The notes under the pieces: model-generated | What the model saw: the letters and a program-made list of their open reading frames with translations, nothing else | Databases searched by the model: none | Told to the model about the DNA's origin: nothing | Assembly: GCA_951406725.2 (NCBI GenBank) | Contig: OX597843.1 | Coordinates: forward strand, 1,240,001 to 1,304,000 | Source: Octopus vulgaris | Lineage: Eukaryota | Direction of reading: 5' to 3' | DNA: 64,000 nucleotides | Shown: positions 49,225 through 59,300 of the stretch, piece after piece | Numbering within the stretch: the stretch's first letter is position 1 | How the letters are laid out: each line of letters begins with the position of its first letter | Position numbers and translations under genes: made by a program

Positions 49225-51248
49225 ATCTCTGTGTATGTGTGTTCGTTCCGTAGACAAAGCATCAACCGTGCTCTGTGTTCGTGTGTTCGTTCCGTCTACA
49301 TAGCATCAACCTCGCTCTGTCTGTGTTCGTGTGTTCGTTCCGTCTACATTGCATCAACCTCGCTCTGCCTGTGTTCATGTGTTCGTTCCGTCTACATAGC
49401 ATCAACCGCGCTCTGTCTGTGTTCGTGTGTTCGTTCCGTAGACATAGCATCAACCGCGCTCTGTGTATGTGTGTTCGTTCCGTCTACATAGCATCAACCT
49501 CGCTCTGTCTGTGTTCGTGTGTTCGTTCCGTCTACATAGCATCAACCGCGCTCTGTGTATGTGTGTTCGTTCCGTCTACATAGCATCAACCTCGCTCTGT
49601 CTGTGTACGTGTGTTCGTTCCGTGTACATAGCACCAACCTCGCTCTGTCTGTGTTCGTGTGTTCGTTCCGTCTGCATAGCATCTACCTCGCTCTGTCTGT
49701 GTACGTGTGTTCGTTCCGTTTACATAGCATCAACCTCGCTCTGTGTACGTGTGTTCGTTCCGTTTACATAGCATCAACCTCGCTCTGTGTACGTGTGTTC
49801 GTTCCGTTTACATAGCATCAACCTCGCTCTGTGTACGTGTGTTCGTTCCGTTTACATAGCATCAACCTCGCTCTGTGTACGTGTGTTCGTTCCGTTTACA
49901 TAGCATCAACCTCGCTCTGTGTACGTGTGTTCGTTCCGTTTACATAGCATCAACCTCGATCTGTGTACGTGTGTTCGTTCCGTTTACATAGGATCAACCT
50001 CGCTCTGTGTACGTGTGTGCGTTCCGTTTACATAGCATCAACCTCGCTCTGTGTACGTGTGTTCGTTCCGTTTACATAGCATCAACCTCGCTCAGTGTAC
50101 GTGTGTTCGTTCCGTTTAAATAGGATCAACCTCGCTCTGTGTACGTGTGTTCGTTCCGTTTACATAGCATCAACCTCGCTCTGTGTACGTGTGTTCGTTC
50201 CGTTTACATAGCATCAACCTCGCTCTGTGTACGTGTGTTCGTTCCGTTTACATAGCATCAACCTCGCTCTGTGTACGTGTGTTCGTGCCGTTTACATAGC
50301 ATCAACCTCGCTCTGTGTACGTGTGTGCGTTCCGTAGACATAGCATCAACCTCGCTCTGTGTACGTGTGTTCGTTCCGTTTACATAGCATCAACCTCGCT
50401 CTGTGTACGTGTGTTCGTTCCGTAGACATAGCATCAACCTCGCTCTGTGTACGTGTGTTCGTTCCGTAGACATAGCATCAACCTCGCTCTGTGTACGTGT
50501 GTTCGTTCCGTTTACATAGCATCAACCTCGCTCTGTGTACGTGTGTTCGTTCCGTAGACATAGCATCAACCTCGCTCTGTGTACGTGTGTTCGTTCCGTC
50601 TACATAGCATCAACCTCGCTCTGTGTACGTGTGTTCGTTCCGTAGACATAGCATCAACCTCGCTCTGTGTACGTGTGTTCGTTCCGTAGACATAGCATCA
50701 ACCTCGCTCTGTGTACGTGTGTTCGTTCCGTAGACATAGCATCAACTTCGCTCTGTGTATGTGTGTTCGTTCTGTAGACATGGCATCTACCTTGCTCTGT
50801 GTACGTGTGTTCGTTCCGTAGACATAGCATCAACCTCGCTCTGTGTACGTGTGTTCGTTCCGTAGACATAGCATCAACCTCGCTCTGTGTACGTGTGTGC
50901 GTTCCGTAGACATAGCATCAACCTCGCTCTGTGTACGTGTGTTCGTTCCGTAGACATAGCATCAACCTCGCTCTGTGTACGTGTGTTCGTTCCGTAGACA
51001 TAGCATCAACCTCGCTCTGTGTACGTGTGTTCGTTCCGTAGACATAGCATCAACCTCGCTCTGTGTACGTGTGTTCGTTCTGTTTACATAGCATCAACCT
51101 CGCTCTGTGTACGTGTGTGCGTTCCGTTTACATAGCCTCAACCTCGCTCTGTGTAAGTGTGTGCGTTCCGTAGACATAGCATCAACCTCGCTCTGTGTAC
51201 GTGTGTTCGTTCTGTTTACATAGCATCAACCTCGCTCTGTGTACGTGT
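49225..51248. repeat. Satellite array, left part (44-bp monomer; 44/48 mix at the edge)
   Basis: Monomer CTCTGTGTACGTGTGTTCGTTCCGTAGACATAGCATCAACCTCG. Confidence 0.97.
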
Positions 51249-51494
51249 TGTTTTATTATTACCCACAAGGGGCGAACACAGATGGGACAATACATTCTGA
51301 TGATGGGGTCAGACAAACGAATGGGTTTTTACAATAAATCGGGTTTTAAAATTTTCATGAATAACAATAAATGGACAAAAATCGAGTGATAGGACAGACC
51401 GGAAGACATTACGGGTGGAGTGGGTGCGGGTTTAGCTCGGACCCCACGAGCCCCGCCTCCCCACTGATACTTTTGGTTGCACTTGGTATTACAT

Positions 51495-54400
51495 TTATGT
51501 TGTAACTTTCATTCGCAACTTCCGTGCTACATCCATCCATCGTTCTTCATACGCTCTCCTAGTCAGGCATATTCTCTCCAGCCCTATCTTCCTTTTCAGG
51601 TGAAAGATGAAATAATTCATCAAACCAGGGCCGGAGATGAACTTGCCTGACTGTAAACCTTTCATTCTCGTCTTCCATATCACCTCTTTCGCGATTGCTA
51701 CTACAACGAGAAAACGAAACTTACCTTCATTCACGAGGAAATCCGGTGGGTCAATTTTTGTAATCGACTCAGTCGACAGCTGTACTCTTCGTGTACCTGA
51801 CAACAGGTGTTCGGCATAAACCCACACCTCAGACACGTCCGGACAATGAACAATCGCGTGCGGGACGGTTTCCCTATCCCGCCCGCATCTTGGACATATC
51901 GGACTGTCTTGGCCACCGTGCCTTGCGAGTTTATCCCGAACAGGTAGAGCTCCTCTGTAGCATTGCCATGCCAGAGACTTCTGGAAGTTGTCCAGTGTCC
52001 TTGGCTCGAACGTACGTCGGAACAGACTGGCCAGCTGATTATCGTCGAGACCTAGGGTTTCCCCCAAGGTATCTTCACATTCCGCCTCTACCAACCCTCT
52101 ATAGAAGAAAGTGGTGGAACCCCCACCGCAGGCGTTGCCCGAGCGACGGAATAGCAGGAGAGCCTTGCGACACTCCGTGTACCAAGTACCAAGTTTCGAT
52201 CTACGACTCAGCCAGGTTTCCCATCCACCGAAACTAGTGAACTTGGGAAACATCAGTTTTGCTAGCGAAGACCACACCCGTTCACTATCCAGGTAGAGCC
52301 ACAGATGTCTTAACCTCAGCGCATGTCTGCGCATCATCAGCCAAGGCATCCCTAGCCCACCCTTTAACGGTTGTTGACAGCAAGTAGAGCGTTTCACAAG
52401 TGGTTTCCCGCCCTTCCACAAGAAGTAGAAGAGCTGTCTTTCCAACTTGATCAACCACGAATCAGGGCAAGGAACGACGGAAAGGCGGTAGGTGATAACC
52501 GATGCGATAAACACATTGGCCACCTCCGCCCTCCCTTTCAGGGATAGCCACCGCCAAGACCAGGTCTTGGCTACTGCAGCCACCTTGCTCGTTACCTCGC
52601 CCCAATTCTTCTCTATTTGGAGGTCTGGACCGAACCAGACCCCTAGCAGTTTAATCGGACCCTCCGTCCAACGTCCCACGACGCTGTCAGGAGGCATCGA
52701 CTTGCCTCTCCAGGTGCCGAGTTGCAAGCCGACTGACTTTTCGCGATTAACTTTTGCTCCTGTCACCGTCTCGTACACCTCTATGGCCTTGCCTACTTTA
52801 CATAGGTGGTCCATTTCGGTTACGATGATGGTGATGTCATCCGCGTACGCTGACACTGATTTTCCATTACCTGGCTGTCTCGGGATGCCGCTCAGTTTTC
52901 GCAGTAATGGCTCAAGAGCCATCACGTACAAAAGCGGGGAGAGCGGACACCCTTGACGAACCGAGCGTTTGATTTTGAACGGCTTCGACAAGAAGCCGTT
53001 CACCCGAACTACCGAGTCGATGTTATCATAAATTTCGATAATCCACCTGAGGAATCCAAGGCTCAGCCCGAACTGTGCCAGGGCAGATACCAGGTAACGA
53101 TGGTCGACCCTATCAAAAGCTTTAGATTGGTCTAAATGGACCAGTGCCCCACCCTTGCCAGAATCACTATTAAACCCCTCTATAGTGTACCGCATTAGAT
53201 GGAGATTATCCTGAATGGATCTGCCCGGAACGGCACATGTCTGTGCCCCTCCGATCAGACCATCCGCGACACGCGCCAATCTTTTCGATAACACTTTGGC
53301 CAAAATCTTCAACTCTGTGTTTAGCAGAGTGATGGGCCTGAAATTATCAATGCACTCCCCCTTGCTCGGGTCCTTTCTGACGAGAGTCACTACTCCCCGG
53401 CGCACAGATCTGGGTATAAGCCCGTTCTGCTGCCAGTTCGCGTAGACCTCCGCCAGTAGGTGCCCGAACAAGTCTGGCATACTCTTATATAACTCATAGG
53501 GTAGACCATCCAAACCCGGCGCCTTGCCCGCGCCGCAGTCCGCCATTGCCTCAACCACCTCCTCAGGCGTGATTGGCCCTTCACAGCCCTCCGCATCTCG
53601 CCCCGATAAGCGCGGCAGACCGTCGAGTAGGTCCGTAAAGGCCCTCCTCCTATCCAGTCCGCCGCACTCACCGAAAAGCTGAGCGAAGTGCTCCTGAAAG
53701 GCCTCACACATCTCCTCGGGTTCGTTTATCAACTCACCTTGTTGGTTCGTCAAAGATCGAATCGTGGCATCGTTACCATGCTGAGCTTCCACCACTCGGG
53801 CCCATCTCACGGCGTTGATTCCTTCACATCCCATATGACGGATTCTAGCCCTGACAATGCAGCCCATGTGTTTGGCCTCGAGGTGCTGGTTTAACACCAG
53901 TCTCTTGGCCGCCACCTGAGCCGCAGAGCCAGTTTTCATGGCTTCCTCTAATTCCTTAACTAGAGTAGTTTCCCTTCTAGCCTCTCTAGCCACTACTCCT
54001 ATGCTATATCTAATAGACTCAAACTTGATGGCTCGTTTGAGGGCGTACCACCATTTGTTATTAATGATGGTACCAGATAGTGCCCTCTGAATTATATTCC
54101 TAATCCGGTCTTTGTACTCCTTAATCGCCAAAAGGGACGTATTAAGTTTCCAGTAACCGGATCCTCTATTTTTAACCTTATCTATGTCAAGCTTACAAGT
54201 GACCATTTTATGATCACTGTAGCTGATCGGGTAAAACTGTGGACACTTAGCTATTTTACTGTCTACTTTTCTAATTAGTATTCTATCTAGATACGACCTG
54301 GAAGATCCGTCGCTGTTTGACCATGTCCACAATGGAGCGTTCGGAAATTCCAGCCTATAAGGATCTGCTAGCTCAAAGCGGCTTAGCAGTTCCATGAAGC

Positions 54401-54890
54401 CACTGTTGCCTTTTCTATCTGGACACGAGCCAACATAATCTACATCCGCTTTGCAAATTGTGTTAAAGTCTCCTAGCACCACTAATGAATGCGAAGTACC
54501 AAGAAAGTTTTCTAGTTCACGAAAATAATCACTTTGCCCTGTATGGTTGGGTGCGTAAATTGCAACCAGTCTGATAACTTTACCATTACTGAACGTCAAA
54601 TCCATGACGACCAGACTACCTTCTGGATCTGCAAAAATTAACTTTTTCTCAGAAACCCGGTTTCTTTTTAATAGGACCAACACCCCACTCCCGCCTGTAG
54701 GACTGCCAGGAGAGAAAAAACTCTCGTAGCCGTCAAACAGCGGGAGTAGACCTCTTGGCCCCTCTAGCCGGGTTTCTGTAGCAACAATAACATCTAAATT
54801 ACGCGACCTGATATCATGCAGGAAGCGACCTTGCTTCCAGCCTGCTCCCAGGCCGCGCACATTTAAACAACCAACATAAATGTAATCCAT
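51495..54890 (-). CDS. Tx1/L1 ORF2: APE endonuclease, reverse transcriptase and C-terminal CCHC (1131 aa, uninterrupted)
   Basis: Motifs LNVRGL, ETR, IYAPN, GDFN, LDRILI, SDH (APE); GYWKLNTSLL; KAPGLDG, FRPITLLN, DQSKAFDRV, RQGCPLSP, YADD (RT); CPRC-x8-H-x4-C. Confidence 0.97.
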   Translation of the reverse strand: MDYIYVGCLNVRGLGAGWKQGRFLHDIRSRNLDVIVATETRLEGPRGLLPLFDGYESFFSPGSPTGGSGVLVLLKRNRVSEKKLIFADPEGSLVVMDLTFSNGKVIRLVAIYAPNHTGQSDYFRELENFLGTSHSLVVLGDFNTICKADVDYVGSCPDRKGNSGFMELLSRFELADPYRLEFPNAPLWTWSNSDGSSRSYLDRILIRKVDSKIAKCPQFYPISYSDHKMVTCKLDIDKVKNRGSGYWKLNTSLLAIKEYKDRIRNIIQRALSGTIINNKWWYALKRAIKFESIRYSIGVVAREARRETTLVKELEEAMKTGSAAQVAAKRLVLNQHLEAKHMGCIVRARIRHMGCEGINAVRWARVVEAQHGNDATIRSLTNQQGELINEPEEMCEAFQEHFAQLFGECGGLDRRRAFTDLLDGLPRLSGRDAEGCEGPITPEEVVEAMADCGAGKAPGLDGLPYELYKSMPDLFGHLLAEVYANWQQNGLIPRSVRRGVVTLVRKDPSKGECIDNFRPITLLNTELKILAKVLSKRLARVADGLIGGAQTCAVPGRSIQDNLHLMRYTIEGFNSDSGKGGALVHLDQSKAFDRVDHRYLVSALAQFGLSLGFLRWIIEIYDNIDSVVRVNGFLSKPFKIKRSVRQGCPLSPLLYVMALEPLLRKLSGIPRQPGNGKSVSAYADDITIIVTEMDHLCKVGKAIEVYETVTGAKVNREKSVGLQLGTWRGKSMPPDSVVGRWTEGPIKLLGVWFGPDLQIEKNWGEVTSKVAAVAKTWSWRWLSLKGRAEVANVFIASVITYRLSVVPCPDSWLIKLERQLFYFLWKGGKPLVKRSTCCQQPLKGGLGMPWLMMRRHALRLRHLWLYLDSERVWSSLAKLMFPKFTSFGGWETWLSRRSKLGTWYTECRKALLLFRRSGNACGGGSTTFFYRGLVEAECEDTLGETLGLDDNQLASLFRRTFEPRTLDNFQKSLAWQCYRGALPVRDKLARHGGQDSPICPRCGRDRETVPHAIVHCPDVSEVWVYAEHLLSGTRRVQLSTESITKIDPPDFLVNEGKFRFLVVVAIAKEVIWKTRMKGLQSGKFISGPGLMNYFIFHLKRKIGLERICLTRRAYEERWMDVARKLRMKVTT

Positions 54891-54904
54891 TACTTACCTT
54901 TATA

Positions 54905-56279
54905 TCAGTGGTTCGGTTTTTTCTTCTTCTTCCTTCTCTTTTTCTGGGCCTCGTGGGGAGTCTGACGTAGGCCCTCGAATATATGTGGAGATGTTACATC
55001 CAACCTAAGTGGGCCTACGTCATGGAAGAAATCTGACTTTATCCGCCCGTAATCCTTCCGGTCTATTTTGTAAATTGCAAAGTCATTTTTTTTCTCTACT
55101 CTCTTCACATTGGCCATGGCTGCCAACACGTTTCCGAGTCTGCTATTTGATGCTTTTACAGCCATATATGAGTTTATTGACTCTTTTTTCTTTTTTAAAA
55201 TTACTCTGGGAGGGGTGGTTTCCGTTTTTCTTTTTTTTTTTCCGATAATTTTTGCCCACCCCTCCTCATTTATCTTTTCTTCGCTCTTTTTTTCCTCCGC
55301 CGCTGGTTCTGCTGTTACCATCACCTCCACACCTTCAGTCTTCCCATCTGGGCCGTCTGACGCTGCTTCTGATGACACATTGTCTTCTTTTTCCTTTTGG
55401 CTTAGGTGCTTCCTGCGGTTTGGGTTGGGGCTGGCATTCCGCCCTTACATGCCCCTTCTTACCGCAGCCGAAGCACCTCGGCTTTCTGCCCTCTACGAAG
55501 ACTGTGACTCTTTCATCTTCGCTTATCCTAAGAGTCTCTGGGATCTCTTCCAGGGTTTGTACTTCTGCTTGTATGGCTATTATTATCTTTTGCCCTTTCC
55601 AGAATTCTTCTTCTTCTACGGTGGCCTGGAGGATGTTTATTTTTTCCTCCAGGCCTACCATAACTGCTGCCACTAAGACTTCGGCATCCGCTTCTGGCGG
55701 GATGTTGTTCATAGTGATTTTGGAAGTTCTCTTGCCTTTATACAGGGGTAGGAGAACAATATCCTCTGCTTTTATGGGTTCCATGGATAGCTTCTTTGCT
55801 ACCTCCTCTGACGTGAATCTCACCTCCACTGTGCCGTATTTCTTCCCTCGATTGATATACGTAATTTTGTCCATTATTGGCTTTAAGCAGTTTTCAATCT
55901 TTTTCTCTTCTATTTTTTGGATTGCTCTGTTTGTTATACTGAATGTCTTATAGATTATTCTCCTATTCGAAATATCCTCTTGTATTTTGGCGTTTGAAGC
56001 CACGGTTACTTCTGTGCCCTCTTTTGACACACAGTCTGCATGTTTTCCCAGGTTGTCCACGTTAATTTTTTTAATTTTCTTCCCAGCCACTTCAGCGAAT
56101 TTTTTTGCTGGAGTTGATGCTGGTACTGGTTTTACCATTTTCTTGGGCGACGCCGCCTCTTTTTTCTTCGGCGACAGCGCCTCTTTTTTTCTTGGCGACA
56201 ACGCCTCTTTTTTACTTGGCGACAACGCCGGGTATTCCTCCTCGCTCGTCACGGGCGAATAAGTGATGGGGGACTCCAT
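54905..56279 (-). CDS. Tx1/L1 ORF1 (nucleic-acid binding, zinc knuckle) split by one frameshift near 55395
   Basis: ATG at 56279; SPKK-like repeats; CFGCGKKGHVRAEC knuckle; the reading continues in another frame (KEKEDNVSSEAAS...) to TGA at 54905. Confidence 0.8.
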
Positions 56280-56362
56280 TTTGAACAAATGGCTTTAACA
56301 AGCCTTTGGTAATCTAAATTGATTGTAGTTTTCCCCCACTGAGGGGGGAACACCAACACCAA

Positions 56363-59300
56363 CATCAACCTCGCTCTGTGTACGTGTGTTCGTTCTGTTT
56401 ACATAGCATCAACCTCGCTCTGTGTACGTGTGTGCGTTCCGTTTACATAGCATCAACCTCGCTCTGTGTACGTGTGTTCGTTCCGTAGACATAGCATCAA
56501 CCTCGCTCTGTGTACGTGTGTTCGTTCCGTTTACATAGCATCAACCTCGCTCTGTGTACGTGTGTTCGTTCCGTCTACATAGCATCAACCTCGCTCTGTG
56601 TACGTGTGTTCGTTCTGTTACATAGCATCAACCTCGCTCTGTGTACGTGTGTTCGTTCCGTAGACATAGCATCAACCTCGCTCTGTCTGTACGTGTGTTC
56701 GTTCCGTAGACATAGCATCAACCACGCTCTGTGTACGTGTGTTCGTTCTGTCTGCATAGCATAAACCTCGCTCTGTGTACGTGTGTTCGTTCCGTAGACA
56801 TAGCATCAACCTCGCTCTGTGTACGTGTGTTCATTCCGTAGACATAGCATCAACCTCGCTCTGTGTACGTGTGTTCGTTCCGTAGACATAGCATCAACCT
56901 CGCTCTGTGTATGTGTGTTCGTTCCGTAGACATGGCATCTACCTTGCTCTGTGTACGTGTGTTCGTTCCGTCTACATAGCATCAACCTCGCTCTGTGTAC
57001 GTGTGTTCGTTCTGTTTACATAGCATCAACCTCGCTCTGTGTACGTGTGTTCGTTCCGTAGACATAGCATCAACCTCGCTCTGTGTACGTGTGTTCGTTC
57101 CGTAGACATAGCATCAACCTCGCTCTGTGTACGTGTGTTCGTTCTGTTTACATAGCATCAACCTCGCTCTGTGTACGTGTGTGCGTTCCGTTTACATAGC
57201 ATCAACCTCGCTCTGTGTACGTGTGTTCGTTCTGTTTACATAGCATCAACCTCGCTCTGTGTACGTGTGTGCGTTCCGTTTACATAGCATCAACCTCGCT
57301 CTGTGTACGTGTGTTCGTTCCGTAGACATAGCATCAACCTCGCTCTGTGTACGTGTGTTCGTTCCGTAGACATAGCATCAACCTCGCTCTGTGTACGTGT
57401 GTGCGTTCCGTAGACATAGCATCAACCACGCTCTGTGTACGTGTGTTCGTTCCGTAGACATAGCATCAACCTCGCATAAACTCAATCTGTCTGTGTACGT
57501 GTGTTCGTTCCGTAGACATAGCATCAACCTCGCTCTGTGTACGTGTGTTCGTTCTGTTTACATAGCATCAACCTCGCTCTGTGTACGTGTGTGCGTTCCG
57601 TAGACATAGCATCAACCTCGCTCTGTGTACGTGTGTTCGTTCCGTAGACATAGCATCAACCTCGCTCTGTGTACGTGTGTTCGTTCCGTTTACATAGCAT
57701 CAACCTCGCTCTGTGTACGTGTGTTCGTTCCGTAGACATAGCATCAACCTCGCTCCGTGTATGTGTGTTCGTTCTGTCTGCATAGCATAAACACCAATCT
57801 GTCTGTGTACGTGTGTTCGTTCCGTAGACATAGCATCAACCACGCTCTGTGTACGTGTGTTCGTTCTGTCTGCATAGCATAAACATAAATCTGTCTGTGT
57901 ACGTGTGTTCGTTCCGTAGACATAGCATCAACCACGCTCTGTGTATGTGTGTTCGTTCTGTCTGCATAGCATAAACATCAATCTGTCTGTGTACGTGTGT
58001 TCGTTCCGTAGACATAGCATCAACCACGCTCTGTGTATGTGTGTTCGTTCTGTCTGCATAGCATAAACATCAATCTGTCTGTGTACGTGTGTTCGTTCCG
58101 TAGACATAGCATCAACCACGCTCTGTGTATGTGTGTTCGTTCTGTCTGCATAGCATAAACATCAATCTGTCTGTGTACGTGTGTTCGTTCCGTAGACATA
58201 GCATCAACCACGCTCTGTGTACGTGTGTTCGTTCTGTCTGCATAGCATAAACATCAATCTGTCTGTGTACGTGTGTTCGTTCCGTAGACATAGCATCAAC
58301 CACGCTCTGTGTACGTGTGTTCGTTCTGTCTGCATAGCATAAACATCAATCTGTCTGTGTACGTGTGTTCGTTCCGTAGACATAGCATCAACCACGCTCT
58401 GTGTATGTGTGTTCGTTCTGTCTGCATAGCATAAACATCAATCTGTCTGTGTACGTGTGTTCGTTCCGTAGACATAGCATCAACCACGCTCTGTGTACGT
58501 GTGTTCGTTCTGTCTGCATAGCATAAACATAAATCTGTCTGTGTACGTGTGTTCGTTCCGTAGACATAGCATCAACCACGCTCTGTGTACGTGTGTTCGT
58601 TCTGTTTGCATAGCATAAACATCAATCTGTCTGTGTACGTGTGTTCGTTCCGTAGACATAGCATCAACCACGCTCTGTGTATGTGTGTTCGTTCTGTCTG
58701 CATAGCATAAACACCAATCTGTCTGTGTACGTGTGTTCGTTCCGTAGACATAGCATCAACCACGCTCTGTGTATGTGTGTTCGTTCTGTCTGCATAGCAT
58801 AAACACCAATCTGTCTGTGTACGTGTGTTCGTTCCGTAGACATAGCATCAACCACGCTCTGTGTATGTGTGTTCGTTCTGTCTGCATAGCATAAACATCA
58901 ATCTGTCTGTGTACGTGTGTCGTTCCGTAGACATAGCATCAACCACGCTCTGTGTATGTGTGTTCGTTCTGTTTGCATAGCATAAACATCAATCTGTCTG
59001 TGTACGTGTGTTCGTTCCGTAGACATAGCATCAACCACGCTCTGTGTACGTGTGTTCGTTCTGTCTGCATAGCATAAACATCAATCTGTCTGTATAAGTG
59101 TGTTCGTTCCGTAGACATAGCATCAACCACGCTCTGTGTACGTGTGTTCGTTCTGTTTGCATAGCATAAACATCAATCTGTCTGTGTACGTGTGTTCGTT
59201 CCGTAGACATAGCATCAACCACGCTCTGTGTATGTGTGTTCGTTCTGTTTGCATAGCATAAACATCAATCTGTCTGTGTACGTGTGTTCGTTCCGTGGAC

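Larger units (their letters stand above)
51249..56362 (-). mobile_element. Near full-length Tx1-type L1-clade non-LTR retrotransposon (5.1 kb)
   Basis: Short 5'UTR, ORF1 with a CCHC knuckle, APE-RT-zinc-finger ORF2 and a ~245-nt 3'UTR; the satellite phase shift is consistent with a ~23-25-bp TSD (51224-51248 and 56363-56387). Confidence 0.93.

Noticed and set aside
55110-55953. Plus-strand 188-aa and 233-aa ORFs
   Set aside because: These are antisense shadows of the Lys/Glu-rich Tx1 ORF1 with no recognisable motifs.
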